A stretch of 64,000 nt of DNA from Eledone cirrhosa (GCA_964016885.1 OZ024742.1:234484001-234548000), one strand, 5' to 3'. Shown: positions 12,970 to 27,040, counted from the stretch's first letter. Notes: generated from the sequence alone by a model not told the origin. Translations and numbers: made by a program.

Positions 12970-13420
12970 TTTTCTTGAAGTCTCAATCATTGATGTTATT
13001 TAATTGGAAAGTTTGTTCAAATGAATGTCAAGCCGCTACCTGCAGCCTCAAATATTCAGGATGTATCAGAGGGTTCTTGCTGATCCTGGCAAGAATGCCT
13101 TTTGAAGTGTTCCAAAAAAGGGGACTGGACTAATGTTCTTTAACCATCCTTGAAAACACTTTGAGATAGTACCTAATGTTCCTATGACAATTGGGATGAC
13201 CTTGATCTCATGACAGTCCCAAATCCTTTTAAATTCCTACTTTAAATCCTGTCATCGGTTAATTTTCTCCTTCTCCTTTTCTTGCACTCTTGTGTCAAAG
13301 GGGTAGGCTACATCTACAATCAGGCATGATCTTTTTTTCTTGTCAAAAACCACCAGGCTAGGCCTGTGTTCTAATTTCTTGTCTGTCTGTATCCTGAAAT
13401 CCCATAGCACCTCACTCGAT
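12970..13420 (-). mobile_element. R4/Dong-like non-LTR 3' fragment (restriction-like endonuclease)
   Basis: Minus translation WDFRIQTDKKLEHRPSLVVFDKKKRSCLIVDVAYPFD...EKEKEKI, which is an RLE pattern. Adjacent to (ATT)n tracts. Confidence 0.7.
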
Positions 13421-13449
13421 CATTATTATTATTATTATTATTATTATTA

Positions 13450-13770
13450 GGCAAAGTTAACCTCGACGGGGTCTGAGTTCAAATCCCGTCAAGGTTAACT
13501 TTGCCTTTCATCCTTACCAGGTCGATAAAATAAAGTACCAGTAATGAACTGAGTAATTGCTGGCCTTGTGCCAAAAGTAGAAACAATTATTATTATTATT
13601 ATCGGACATCATGCTTTGCAGAATAGAGTTATGGCCCTTTACTTCTGAGTTCAAATCCTGCCGAGGTTAGCTTTGCCTTTCATCCTTATGGGGTCGATAA
13701 AATAAAGTACCAGTAATGCACTGGAGGGGTAATTGCTGGCCTTGTGCCAAAAGTAGAAACATTATTATTA
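13450..13770 (+). mobile_element. Tandem copies of the second SINE family (B box + GCCTTTCATCC..GGTCGATAAAATAAAGTACCAG domain, (ATT)n tail)
   Basis: Two copies of GAGTTCAAATCC...ttgcctttcatcctt...gtcgataaaataaagtaccagt...ttgctggccttgtgccaaaagtagaaac(att)n. The central domain resembles the Meta/MESC-type SINE domain as recalled from the literature. Confidence 0.8.
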
Positions 13771-13778
13771 TTATTATT

Positions 13779-14740
13779 TCTTCGCTCAGCTTCTAATGCT
13801 GGAGATGTATAACAGTGTTAGCTGTTCACTACCAGTGAACTGAGGTAACACCCCTTATTTTTCGAGTACTCTCCGGAGCATTCGAGTTATTACAAGCAAT
13901 GCTGTATTTTGTAAGTGTTCCATCCATATTGCAATCCCTATTTGTTTAATGTACTTCTCATGATTTCTACTCACTGTTCCCAAGACTACAACTATTATTG
14001 GTATTACCACCATCTTCTTCAGTGACCACAACTGCTTAACCTACCAAGCTAACCTGTCATATCTAGCAATTTTTTCCTTCTTTATCACATACCATGTTAT
14101 CAGCTGGACTAGCTATATCAATGATCCAACATTGTTTGCTTTTTTTCTAAATTAATACAATATCTGGTCTCCTATGCACAATCATACTGTATCACAAAGC
14201 CCCACATGATCTTTGCATCATCATTTTTCATAATGACCTCAGGGTTATGTTCGTGTCAGTTTTCTGCTCTGTCAAGTGCATATTTGCTACAAAGTGCCCA
14301 ATGGACTCTCCTTGCTATGTTGTCGTGACGTCTCTTATATTCTTTCTGAGCTAGTGATGTGCATTGACTAGTAATATGCCATACTTTTCTCCATTCATGC
14401 CATAAATTCTACACTTATCATTTACTGCTGTGTAGTCTATTCTATGCTTAATCTAGTTAGTATTTAGTACTTATTCTTGAACAGCACAGATTAAGGCTTC
14501 TGTTTCTGGTTTTAGATCACTTTTAGCCGTCCATAACCACCAATTTTCTCTGTCTGTTCTACCATCAACATCTCTATGGAATTGTCCATACATTCTATTT
14601 TCTGTCCATCTACTTTCAGTTTCATCCATCTTCAAATGCTTCTACTGTGTTTTTTTCTTTGCAATCTTCTATTTTGCACAGCCCTGATCTTCTTACTTCC
14701 AGCAACAGTGGTTCTGTGGAATTTTTTATGTACCACATCA
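13779..14740 (-). mobile_element. R4/Dong-like non-LTR 3' fragment (CCHC knuckle + RLE)
   Basis: Minus translation SDLKPETEALICAVQE...DKCRI...WHITSQCTSLAQKEYKRRHDNIARRVHW. Its 3' end abuts an (ATT)n/(TAA)n tract. Confidence 0.75.
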
Positions 14741-14749
14741 TGTTATTTT

Positions 14750-15385
14750 TGTCCCTGAAAAGTCAAGTGGAGGTGGCGAACGCGTACATCGTGTCCGTCA
14801 TCTACTACCGGCTGACTGTCGTGCCATGTCCTAAGCCTTGCCTAACTGCACTGGAGCATTTGCCCTTTTGCTTTTTGTCGAAGTGATGTACTCTGATGAT
14901 CAGGCAGTTCATCTGCTGTCAACACCCACTATGTGGAGGGCTGGGCATGCCATGGCTATTGTTGATGGTGAACAGGTGTGTGGTCGCCATTTGGTACATG
15001 CATTTTTCCCCAGCTCGTCTCTTACCACTTTGATGAAGCCCTGATTAATTTTTTTCAAATTTCATTTGAAAAGGAAAATCAGGGTGGAGATGGAAGTACT
15101 CCCTTCCCAGCAATTTGTTGAAAGATGGATGAGAGAAACGAGCATGGCTCGAGTGAATGAGCCTGCTCTGAATATGTGTTTGTAGATTGGAGGTGGAAAA
15201 CTGGTGGTCAGGGTCGCCGTGGTTTTTTGTGGGCTTTCTCCACAAGTGACCCTCGTTCTTTTGTTTCAGTTTTTTGTTACATCCTTTGTTTTTGTTATTT
15301 GTACCAATTTGTACTGTTCTGTACCGTCCTTAATGTATTTTTTTGTAAACTCTTTTGTGGTTAATAAAGAATCAATAAAGGATCA
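14750..15385 (+). mobile_element. Tx1/L1-clade LINE 3' fragment
   Basis: LSLKSQVEVANAYIVSVIYYRLTVVPCP resembles the post-RT region of Tx1-type ORF2. It is followed by a T-rich 3' UTR, AATAAA and GAATCAAT repeats. Confidence 0.55.
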
Positions 15386-15408
15386 ATGAAATAAAATAAT
15401 CAATCAAG

Positions 15409-15750
15409 GAGGCACATGGCTTAGTGGTTAGAGCATTGGCCTTGCAATCGAAAAGTTGTGAGTTCAATTCTCAGACCGGGTGATGTGTTGTTTCCTTGAG
15501 CAAGACACTTTATTTCACATTGCTCCAGTTTACTCAGCTGTAGAAATGAGATGATAGGGACTGGGGTCCATATCATTCCACTGCAAAGTGGTCGTTCAGG
15601 TGCCACGGCAAAAAAGCACCCAGCACTCACTGTAAATGAGGTTGGTGTTAGGAAGGGCATCCAGCTGTAGAAATCAAGCCAAAATCAGTTCCCGTCCCAC
15701 CCTTGCAAGTAGGGAAAAAGCGGACGTAAAATGAAATGATGATGATGATG
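15409..15750 (+). mobile_element. Young tRNA/CORE/RTE-tail SINE, copy 2
   Basis: Near-identical to 2921-3263. Flanked by the TSD AATCAAG (15402-15408 and 15751-15757). Confidence 0.9.
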
Positions 15751-15966
15751 AATCAAGTACTAGGGTTGATTAAAACAACTTCATCATTTCCCCAAAATAT
15801 TTTCCTCTGTCATGTTAAAAATCATTACTAAGTCATAGATATGCTAACACTCCACTTCTGATAAACCATATATTCTTACTACTAAAATTTTCAGACATAT
15901 TTTTAAGATACAATTAACCCTAAATATATTCTTTATATTTTATGATATACTTTATTTTATTTTCAG

Positions 15967-16029
15967 GCCCTTATGAATGGATTTTTTAACTTTGAAACAT
16001 TTGATGTGGAAGAATATGAATATTATGAG
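15967..16029 (+). CDS. CDC14: CDC14 coding exon (ALMNGFFNFETFDVEEYEYYE)
   Basis: tttcag acceptor and GTAAT donor; 63 nt, phase 0/0. Carries the FDVEEYEYYE motif typical of CDC14. Confidence 0.95.
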
Positions 16030-16367
16030 GTAATGTTCATTTGTTTGTGTTACATCATATTGTCTTTTTCTTGTCATCTGCTGTTAGTGTGTGAGAGTGT
16101 GTGATAATCTTGTATCATGTAAGTTTTTTTTTATTGTTACCTACTGACTGTGTGTGTCACAAACACTGTAAGTGTATGTTAATCAGTGTGTGGTTAGAGA
16201 ACTTCATAAAAACTCTTCAAGTTAAGTCATTTAAGTTTAACATTAAAAAAATCTTTTTTCCACATATTCAACATTGGACAATCTTGGTGACATGGAGAAA
16301 GGAGACTGCATGTTACACAGTGCAAATTCATGGTCAGCCTTAACCAAATAGTGCATTTAAACATATA

Positions 16368-17264
16368 TCTATATATATAAAACTGAGGATGTCTGTCTGT
16401 GTGTGTGTGAGTTCGAATCCCTAAAACTCGAGAACCACCCAACCGACTGTTTTCAAACTTTACACATGTAATACTTATGTTTCAGGGAATGTTCTGAGCA
16501 AAAATAATTTCAAATTTTCTATGCCCCAGGGACCACATTAGACGATTTAGCGATCTCGCTCTATAATTCTTAGTCTTTCTCTTTTTAGATAGATACATAC
16601 TTATGACGTCGCGACCTTATAATATCTGTCTGTATGTCTGACTGTATGCGTTACGTCACTTCCTTGAGGATGTCTGTGTGTGTATGTGTGTGTGAGTTTG
16701 AATCCCAACCGATTTTTTTCAAACTTTACATGTGTATTACTTATGTTTCAGGGAGTGTTATGCACATAAAAAAATTCAACTTTTTTTTATCTCCTAGGGT
16801 CCGCATTAGGTGAAAAACTGCATTGTTTAACATTTTTAGGGTATTTTTGAGGCGTTATGTCAGACCGATTTCCTTGAAATTGTAACTATGTATTAGTCAG
16901 TCTCTTCTTCATACCATAAACAAAGAAAATCCAACTTTCTTATGGCCTAGGGCCGCATTAGTTGAAAAACTTCATTTTTTCAGCTTCTTAGGGCTTTTTG
17001 GAGGCGTTACGTCTAGCCGATTTTCCCGAAATTTCAAGGCATATTATGCACATAAAAAATTCATTTTCTTGATCCCCTAGGGCTCGCATTAGGTGAAAAC
17101 CTGCATTTTTCCTGCTTCATCGAGGAAAATCTTAAAGATTATCCAGCCATCAAAGTATTCGGTTTATTTTCTTTATATATTGTCCAGGCATGCAGTTTTT
17201 AGGTCTATTGGCGGCCTGCATTCCAAAATACCTTATCCCATGCAACGCCGGGTACCACTGCTAG
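16368..17264 (+). mobile_element. Non-autonomous Helitron
   Basis: Inserted A|TC...CTAG|T. 5' end TCTATATATATAAAA; subterminal hairpin CCCATGCAACGCCGGG about 10 nt before CTAG. Has an internal duplicated head (16385 and 16666) and three to four ~150-bp repeats (ctagggccgcattaggtgaaaa). Confidence 0.8.
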
Positions 17265-17399
17265 TATATATATATTTATGTGTATATATATCAAACTAAC
17301 AGAGCAGGCTCCAATCTGTTGTGCAAGCTGGTATTATAAGAGACCTTTGGGTTATTGATGGAATGGTCTTCATGTTGTTGGTTGCTAAACTTGTCTTGA

Positions 17400-18356
17400 T
17401 TATTCTCATTTTTACATCTATTTTTCCTCACTTGCATGGGTTGGACAGCTCCTTCTCGGCACAGCATCTTTCCACTTGCAGCATTTCTTTGTCATTCCTC
17501 TGTGAGTCTCAGCGATTTGAAGTCAGCTCTCACTACCTCTGCCCAGTGTCTTTCTCAGTTTACCTCTACTGTGGCTTCCTACCACTGGCATTTCTTGGCA
17601 CTTCTTCACGCATCGATCATCATCCATGCACATCAAATGTCTGTACGAACACAGTCTTCTCTCCTGCACACCACCTCGGATTCCTCTTAAATCTAGTTTC
17701 TCCTTCAGTTCATCCAAACACCGCCTTTCCCTCACATTTATGTTGCACATCCAATGGAGCGTGGCTGCTTCATTTCTCTGCTGTCTACACATGTCTTCTG
17801 CAGTCACAGCCCATGTTTCACTACCATGTAGCATAGCACACAGGCATCATATAGTCGTCCTTTTGTACATAGGGAGAAAACTTTTATTGTCAACAGTGAG
17901 AGTAGTTCTCTAAACTTCTTCCATCCTATCCTTATTCTAGTTATTATGTTCACAGAGCACTCTCTCTGCTGTTAATTAAGTCACCCAGATAGCAGAAGCT
18001 ATCAACCACTTCTATGGACCCTTCCTGTGATTTAGAGGTTTATATCACTGATGCTCTTCCTCTCGATTACTCCTATGCATCTTCTACATACAAAGTCTTC
18101 CTTTCCTGTTAATCTACCCATTATCCCACTACATCTCATGTGTACCCAAGATTTACATTGTGTACACCATATGGAGTTTATGCCTACTCCTTTTCTATAT
18201 ATTGAGCAGGGCCACTTCCCTGAAGGGATCAGGGTCTTATCTTCTTTCATACTCACTAGCACCTTAGTTTTGGCTAATTTTACTCTCAGACCCCTTGATT
18301 CCAAATTCCTTTTCCATAGATTTTACTTATTTTCTAGTTCTTTTATGAATTCTGCT
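17400..18356 (-). mobile_element. RTE LINE 3' fragment with PHD-like finger
   Basis: ORF fragments ESRGLRVKLAKTKVL...WPCSIY...CTQCKSWVHMRC and MLHGSETWAVTAEDM. Same family as 4861-8140. Confidence 0.9.
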
Positions 18357-19914
18357 TATGTGTGTGTTTGTGTGTGTGTGTGTGTGAGTGTGTGTATTTA
18401 AACTCATTTCTACAGCTGCGTAAGCTGGAGCAAGATGAAATAAAATTTCTTGAACAACACACCAGGAATTGAACTCACATCTTTATGATTGTAATTAAAA
18501 AAAAAAAAATGACAACTTTTAATCTGAACACTACAACATAATTTTCATGTTATAACATGTACTGTAATGATTAATTAGGTCAACTCATAAGTTATTATTA
18601 CCTTTCCTTTATTGTTAAAGACAAAAAATAAAACATGGAAAATAAAATTTCTATATCATCATCATCATCATCATCTCTATGTCCACATTTTCATGCTGGC
18701 ATGGGTTGGCTGAGATGTTTTGAGACAATGTTTTACAGCCTGTTGCCTTTCTTGATGCCAACCCTTTTAGTCATCTCTTACAACATGCAGAAATTCTAAA
18801 ATCTGGAATATATACATAACATAGAACAAGTCAGTGCAGACATGGTGTTAAAACCACCCTGACTAACAGACTGCTAACTCTGGGGGCCAATAGTGGGTTT
18901 TCAGTGTTTAGTTAAATTGTATTTCATTTTCATTTCAATCTTTGTGCAACAGCTATGACTTCAGTCTTTCATGGCATATTTTCCACTACTTGAACCATCA
19001 TGCAAACACATAAGCCAGATTGATTTTATGCTCACTAGAAAATTTGATAGACAGCTGGTCGTAAAACTTTCCCTGAGGAAGAATTCCTTGAGGAAGAATT
19101 CACCACCTAACATAGAGTAGTAACATGATTAGTGACTTTTGAGTACAAGCTGATTGCATACAGAAATTTAGGATGGTTTGATCAAGAAGGCTTAAATAAC
19201 CTTGATCTGTGACAACCCGTCTAAACCCTTCTAGCAGGGAAAACTGATGTTAAAGGATGATGATGATGATATATCGGAATGAACCTCCATCGGATTCGAT
19301 GATGAGTGTTCCTGTCGTTGAATCAATGGAGTAGCTGACTCATAAAATTAATGTGTAAGTAGCTAAACATTCCACAGACACATGTACCCTTAACATAATT
19401 CTAAGGGAGATTCAGTGTGACACAGTTTCTGTCTACCTAGTTTCACTCATATGGGTTAAACCATAACTATGGTAAATGTCACTTGCTTAAGATGCCATGC
19501 AGTGGGATTGAACCTGGGACCTAATGATTGGGAAGTGAACTTCTTAACCATTTAGCATGTGCATGCTTAGAGAAAAGGTTAAAAAAAAACCGAAACAGAA
19601 TTAGACAATTTGGAACTATTTACCTTGTTAATTCTTGCTCCATTTCTGAATAGGTCATTGCACAGATGAAATGTTGGAACTATGATCGCATTTTGGAAAC
19701 TTTTATTTTTATTTTCTTGTCATTTACTTGTCCTGAAAACTAAAGAATGGCTTTCAATTGATTTTTTTTTCCTTTTTCTGTTTCTTTTGGTTTTTATTAT
19801 GGCATTGTTGAGAGAGGGCCAAAAATGTTGTCATATAATCAAGGTTAAATGTGTCAGAATATTTAAATCGTATTGAATTATGTAGGAGATCTATTAGGAA
19901 GTTGCTCTGTACTA

Positions 19915-20740
19915 ATTAATAATTGTTTCTACTTTTGGCACAAGGTCTGCAATTACCCCCAGTGCATTACTAGTGCTTTATTTTATCGACCCCCATAAGG
20001 ATGAAAGGCAAAGTTAACCTCAGCGGGATTTGAACTTAGAATGTAAAGGTCTGTAACTCTGTGCTGCAAAGCATGGTGTCTGATGGTCTACCAATACTGC
20101 CTTGTACTAATTAATAATGATTTCTAATTTTGGCACAAGACCAGTAATTTGTGGGAAGAAGAAAGTCGATTATATTGACCTCATCACTTTACTGGTACTT
20201 TATTTTATCAACCCTGGAAGGATGGAAGGCTAAGTTGACCTTGACGAGATTTGAACCCAGAATGTAAATAGCAGGAACAAGTATTGCTACACATTTGTCT
20301 GATACTTTAACAACTCTGCCAAACCACTGCCCTAACAACAACAATAAAAATAATGGTAATAATGATGTCTAATTTTGGCACAAGGCCAGCAATTTAGGGA
20401 AGGGAAAGTCAATTATATCAAACAAACTGACTGGTACTTTATTTTATCGACCCTGGAAGGATAGAAGGCACAGTTGACTTTGGTGGCATTTGAACTTGGA
20501 ATGAACAGAGCCAAAACAAATACCATTAAGCTATGCATTTGTCTGATGCTTTAATGACTCTGCCAATCCAATGCCCTAATAATAATAATGGTTTCTGATT
20601 TAGGCATAAGACCAACAATTTTTTTTGGAGGGGGTGGGGGTGCAATTAAATCAATGCCAGTACATTACTGATATTTTATTTTATCAATCCCATAAGGATG
20701 AAAGGCAAAGCTAACCTTGGTGGGATTTGATGTCAGACTA
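19915..20740 (-). mobile_element. Head-to-tail cluster of about four second-family SINEs
   Basis: Repeated ttctaattttggcacaaggccagcaat...ctggtactttattttatcgaccc...ggatgaaaggcaaagttaacct...gatttgaac units at ~19920, 20120, 20365 and 20590. Confidence 0.8.
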
Positions 20741-21291
20741 AATCACATACAGTAATTAGTTTTGTTCCTCTTCATTCAAGTTCTACAGATGTCAGTTTGC
20801 CCTTCATTCCTCCAGGTTCAGTAAAATGTACCAGTTACATGCTGGGGTTTAACTCTTAACATCCTGTTATAATTTAGCAGGAAATGTCTTGAAATCAGTT
20901 TTTTTATTCAAATGTTTCTAGTATCTTTACTACTGGACATTTTATTGGGAAATTCAAGGGTTAATTCAGCTGGCTATGCCTCTCCTCTCCTATGAATAAT
21001 AATATTATGTCTACTACACTGAGTCAGTACTTAATTCCAATTTCTGTACTGTTTAGATAGGTCAGAGACAATTCCCCCTTAGGAATTTAATGGGCATGAA
21101 TTGAACTCAGCACTGCAAGTCACTGTGTGGTTAAGTAGCTCAGTTTGTAACCATGTGTTTTCAAGTTCAATACCACTGTGGAGCACCTTGAATAAGTGTA
21201 TTCTTCTCTAGCTTCAGGTTAAACTGTCCCTTATGAGTACATGAAGAGTATGTGGAAGCCCATCAAATTGTACCCCCCCCCCCCCCCATCA

Positions 21292-21680
21292 TCATTATCA
21301 TGTCCACTTTTCCATGCTTGTATGGGTTTTTTCCAGTACAGCATCTTGCCACTTTTTGCAGCTCTTGTTCGTCACCTTGAGAACATCCTTTGCCACTTCT
21401 TTGCATGTTTTTCTTAGTTGACCTCTTCCACAAGTTCCTTCTACTAGGATTTTTTGGTACTTCTTTATATAGCTGTCATATTCCATACACATCACATGTC
21501 CAAACCGCCGCAGTCTTTTCTCTTGCTCACTGCATCTGGTGCTACTATCCAGTTATTCTCTCAAACCATTTGTGTTCCATTGTTCATACACACTAATATA
21601 CATTCAGTGAAAACTACTCACTTCAATTCTTTCCAGCCTTCACAGATCCTCTACAATAAATGCCCATGTTTAGCAGAGAT
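21292..21680 (-). mobile_element. RTE LINE 3' fragment, degenerate
   Basis: VEGTCGRGQLRKTC...WQDAVLEKTHTSMEKWT plus a (GAT)-type tail. Confidence 0.75.
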
Positions 21681-21779
21681 ATATATTATATATATGTGTA
21701 CATTTTTTGGACATGTTTATAAGTAAACTATATAAATACTGTATATGTCAGCGTAAAAGTCATTCTAGTGAATAGGTTG

Positions 21780-22405
21780 ACTCCTAAAATTCTGAGGTGT
21801 AGTTCATGTGAAGCAGCATGCATACTTCCACATTTTCTATTCAGCAGACAAGGCATGAGAACATTTCCAGATTGGTTCATTGGAAGCTCTGTCATAAATA
21901 TGAGATGAGCAGAAGTGAGAAATGGTATGAGCACCGACCAGAAAGGGTGGCTGAAAATGAATAGTATAAGATCTTGTGGGGACATGACCATCCAGTGCAA
22001 CCATTTTATCGTGGCTAGAAAGCCTGACATTATTGTAGAAAAGAAGAATAACAAAGCAAGTATTGTGGATATTGCTTCACTGTGGGACCACAATGTGAAT
22101 GAGAAGGAAAGTGAGAAAGTGGAGAAATATCAGGAACTAAAGAGGGAAATCAGGAAACTGGAGTATCAGACACATAGAAGTGGTACTGATTGTGGTTGGC
22201 GTACTGGGAGCAGTTAGTAAAATGTTAGATGCATGGCTTGAGAAGCTAGGAATTATCATCAGGACAGGATTGTTGCAGAAAACAGCCTTGCTAGGGACAG
22301 CAAGGAGTGTAAGGAGGGTGTTAGAAAGTTGAAGGAGAAGGAATGACCAAAAGGACCTTTGATATAGTGTTGGTGTAACATCTGCCAGAGCAAAAACATT
22401 AAGAA
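21780..22405 (+). mobile_element. R4/Dong-like RLE 3' fragment
   Basis: ARKPDIIVEKKNNKASIVDIASLWDHNVNEKESEKVEKYQELKREIRKL...LQKTALLGTARSVRRVLES, followed by TAA repeats. Confidence 0.8.
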
Positions 22406-22411
22406 TGATAA

Positions 22412-22750
22412 TAATTGTTTCTACTTTTGGCACAAGGCCAGCAATTACCCAGTGTATTACTGGTACTTTATTTTATCGATCCCGTAAGGATGAAAGGCAA
22501 AGTTAACCTCGGCAGGATTTGAACTCAGTAATGGTTCCTGATTTAGGCACAAGGCCAACAATTTCGAGGGAGGGAAAGTTGATTAAATTGACCTCAATGT
22601 GTTACTGGTACTTTATTTTATCGACCCCCATAAGGATGAAAGGCAAAGTTAATCTTGGTGGGGTTTGAACACTGACAGCAGAGAGGCGTATTGAATACTA
22701 CAAAGCATGCTATTTGACGTTTTAATGACTCTGCCTATTCACCGCCTTTA
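22412..22750 (-). mobile_element. Two second-family SINE copies followed by (TAA)n
   Basis: Same units as 19915-20740. TAA microsatellite at 22780-22835. Confidence 0.75.
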
Positions 22751-22789
22751 TTAAGAATGATAATATTAATGATGATGATCATAATAATG

Positions 22790-22823
<34 letters not shown>

Positions 22824-23244
22824 TAATAATAATAATCTACTAATTCCCTGAAGAAATCTAAAATGGCCTTTCTCAAAAATTCAAAACTTTTTTTAGAAGA
22901 AAGCAGAAGTTAAATGCTAATTTGGCTAGCAGCAATGACAACAGATTTATAGTATTGATCAAAGCACATGCAAAAACAATGCAACACGCCACCTACATCT
23001 CGTTGTTATGGTTACAAAGTTTAACTTAGCCAAAATAAAATACAAAAACAGCAACAACAACAATACTAGCTGCCCAAGTGACTTCAAAACGTAGACATCA
23101 ATTTATAGATTGATGTTGCTGACCTTGAAACAAAGAAGAAAGCAAAAATGATAACAAAAAAAAAATCAAACAATTATAATCACATCCATTCCACTACCAC
23201 CACTACCAGAGAGGAGGCATACTTGTCTTGCCATGGGATGGATA

Positions 23245-24800
23245 GGTTACAATGGTCCCTCATTCTTGGATAACCAAATCCCTGGAAATCTTCAAGGCAG
23301 CAGACAACATCAAACTGCTATTAAGTAATAGTATGAAGACCTGGGAGTCTGAGATAACATCAGGGGAAGAATCTTTGGAAGGAGTGAAAATCAAAATAGG
23401 TATCATCCAAGGACATAGTCTGTCCCCTTTATTGTTTGTCCTTACCCTCATACCTTTGTCTCTCATATTGCAAAGAGGTACCAACAGGTGAGATGATAAA
23501 GGATATCAATACCAAAGAAGGATATAGGTATTTGGATGTTCTGGAGGCAGGTAACATCAAGGACAATAAAATAAAGGAGGTGATAAGATCTGAATACATA
23601 ACGAAAATAAGGAACATACGTACTAAAATCACATCTGTATAGTAGAAATGTCATAAGAGCAGTAAATTCCCAAGCTGTCTCTATTATTAGGTACAGTGTG
23701 TGGATTCTTAAATAGAATGTAAATGAGCAAAAAGAACTGGATAGAAAGACAAGGAAATTAATGACTACCTACAGTATGTTTCATAAGAAAAGTGATGTTG
23801 ATAGACTGTATTAAAGGTCTGAAGGTGGAAGAGGTTTAATCCCTGTGGAGGATTGTGTTCAGATGGAAAAGAGCTATCTACATAATATGTGTCTGAAAGT
23901 AACGAGCCAATGCCCAAGAAAGAAGTTATAACAAAGAAGAAGAACAGGCCTTTCATTGCATCTTTTTGAAGAAAACAGCATTCAGAGATCCTCAGACATC
24001 GAACTAGTTAAAGAAAGGGGACTTTAAGAAAGCTACAGAGGGAATGCTACTGGCTGCACAGGAGCAAGTCCTTAGAACAAAGTGGATGAAACATCATATT
24101 GACAAGGAGGAGGCTATACCTCTCTGTAGAATCTCTGGAGAAAGAGAGGAAACTGTGGCTCACATCATATCTGAGTATAAACACTTGGCCCAAATTCACT
24201 ATAAAGGATGGAGGCATGATATTATAGGAAAAGTGATTCACTAGTGTTTATGCAATCTGAACAATTTATCTCATTTTGAGAAGTGGTATGAGTGTAAGCC
24301 AGAGTCAGTGATAGAAAACGACTGGGTAAAGGTGCTGTGCGATTTCAGGATAGAGAAAGAATTATAACACAAAGTGTTATAATTCTGGTGGTTTTTGACA
24401 AGGAAAAAAGATCTTGCTTGATTATAGATGTAGCTTGCCCCTTAGACACAAGAAAAGGAGAAGAAGAAAATTAACCGATACCAGGATCTAAAGTGGGAAC
24501 TGAAAGGATTTGGGACTGTCATGAGATCAAGGTCATCCCCATTGTCATAGAAGCACTAGGTACTATCTCAAAGAGTTTCCATGGTTGGTTAAAGAACATT
24601 AATCCAGTCACCTTTTTTAATCAAAACTCCAGGACTCACAAATATATACAACATACAAAAATTAGCACTACTAGGCACTGCACACATATTACGAAGAGTA
24701 TTCTCAATACAACAGAACAAACACCACCAAAAACCACACTGCACATACCCAAGGCACACAGGGCTGCGCTCGGTAATGCAGTGATAATGTGCAAAATAAT
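23245..24800 (+). mobile_element. R4/Dong-like non-LTR retrotransposon fossil (RT, CCHC, RLE)
   Basis: MVPHSWI...GIIQGHSLSPLLFVL (RT); GYRYLDVLE; LLAAQEQVLRT...LCRISGEREETVAHIISE...RHD (zinc knuckle); LIIDVACPLD (RLE). Many lesions. Confidence 0.8.
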
Positions 24801-24918
24801 GATGATGATGATGATAATAATAATATCAATAATATGATTTCTAACATTAGCACATAGCTGTGCTTGAAAAAATTCTGAATATGTCAAAATTAATTGCTGT
24901 TTAATTATAATTTTTCAG

Positions 24919-25006
24919 AAAGTGGAAAATGGTGATTTAAACTGGATAATTCCAAATAAATTTTTGGCTTTCTGTGGACCTCATTCAAAGCAAGCTCGAG
25001 AAGATG
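24919..25006 (+). CDS. CDC14: CDC14 coding exon ([30 protein letters not shown])
   Basis: tttcag acceptor and GTAAG donor; 88 nt, phase 0/1. Carries the [17 protein letters not shown] motif. Confidence 0.96.
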
Positions 25007-25917
25007 GTAAGTGTATATTTAATAATATTAATAATATTCATTTCTAATACAAGTACAAGGCCACAAATACAAAACCACAAAGGTGAGTTAGACCTCAGTA
25101 GTTGGTTGCTACATATCTTATTAAATCCTGAAGAGTAAGCACACAAAGTTAGATACTCTACATCTTCCAAAATATCTTCTAACTCAAAAGAGCCTATTAC
25201 AGGTCAGTTCTTAGTTCTGGTTTCATGGGTTCAGGAGAAGATGAGATACAAATCTCATGTATATTTGTCCCTATGAATATTATTTAAAATATAACTGTCT
25301 GTAAAATGTTACAAGATAATTAAAAAAGACACAACAATAATTATAATAATATTAAGGGTAGGGGATATGGCCAACAAAGGGATCACAATGAGCAGGAATA
25401 TTCAAAACAACATGTGCAGCACTTGAACAATCTTGTGAAGCAATAAGAACTTAAGAATTGGTTCAGGCAAAACCTCTAGGGAGTAATAAAGTGAAAAACT
25501 TCTAGCTGAAATATTTAACTGACACACACCAGTGCTAGTAAAAACATTTTTTGAGCATTTGGCAGGGCACAGGAAAGCAAGCAGGGTGCAGGCTCCCAGA
25601 CCACCATAGGGTTATTACATCTGCTTTGAGGACTAACCTGGTTTGCTGACATCCCATCCAACCCTTACTAACAGAGAAAGCAGACATTAAACGAAAATGA
25701 TGAGGATGATATATTGCAAAGAAAACAAACAGCATCACAGTGCCTCACTGAGAGGAAACTATTTTAATCTTCAAGGCTAAAGACTACAGATAGTGTAAAG
25801 GATTCAATAAAGAAATGGACATATTATTTGGTTTAGATAAATATGTCAAATCTACCTTGAAGAGAAGAAAATTAATTAACCATTCTGATACCAAATCACC
25901 TGAAACTCCCTTGGTTC

Positions 25918-27040
25918 TATTAGGTTGAGTCATAAATAATTTCTGTTTTTTAAAAGCAAGTCGTAACTACACATTTCAAACTTCTAATGTTTTAAATACA
26001 ACCAGAAATTACCTGACTAGAGAGAGTCTTCATCACACATTCTTATTTGATTAGTGAAAAAGTGCGCATCATTATTTAGTCTATGATTTCACACCTCTAA
26101 AATGGTGGAACTGAAAGTGCATATTCAATATTAATGTTGTGAGAGTTTAAGAATAACAAAAACGCTACAGAAACAGCAAAGACAATTTGCAGTGTTTATG
26201 GCCAAGGTGTCATTACTGACCTTCAAGTCTGAAACTAGTTTTCAAAGTGATATTCTGAGAATATGTCATTGAGAGATGAACCCAGACTAGGACTCTCATC
26301 AGACCTCGATCAAAGTGCTTTCAGAAAATTGATGGAATGTAATCTACACAAAAGTAGTTGAGAATTAGCACTTGAGCTCAACACATCCTGATCCACAATC
26401 TGATGCCACTTGGAAAAGATAGGAAAAGTGAGCAAGCTGGGCATTTGGGTTCCTCATACTCTGAGTATGTGAGAAGAATAAGGAAGATCGCATATCCATA
26501 ATGACAAGTCTTCTTTCAAGGCAGAGAAATGACTCGTTTCTCAAGATTATCATTACAGCTGATGAAAATTGGGTCTTTTATGACAATGTTCAATGCAAAA
26601 AGGCAGTGGTTTGACAAGGATAAATCTCCACAGCCTACCCCAAAGGCGGAGCTTCATGGAAGAAAAGTTATGCTGTGTGTATGGTGGGATTATCGTGGTA
26701 TTATTAATTTTATGCTTTTAAACCACAATCAGACACTTAATGCAGATTTATATTCTGAACAGCTGCAACATATGCATGAAAATATTCTAAGAAAACACTT
26801 TGTGCTCTTCAACAGGAGAAATGTTGTGCTTCTCCATCATAAAGCAAAGCCACATTCAGCAAGAATCATGCAGCAAAAAATATTGAATTTAGGCTGGTTT
26901 GTTCTACCCATCCACCATATTCACCAGACCTTGCACCAACTGATTTCCATCTTTCTCATTCTTTCCAAAATGCTCTGAATGGCAAAACATTTTCTCAAGA
27001 AGATCAGGTGAAAACGTTTGTGGAAAACTCTTTTGGCCTC
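25918..27040 (+). mobile_element. Mariner transposon fossil, 3'-interrupted
   Basis: TA followed by the TTAGGTTG-type terminus. Motifs WVPHTLS, ITADENWVFYDN, HGRKVMLCVWWD, LLHHKAKPHSA and HPPYSPDLAPTDFHLF across frameshifts. Confidence 0.9.
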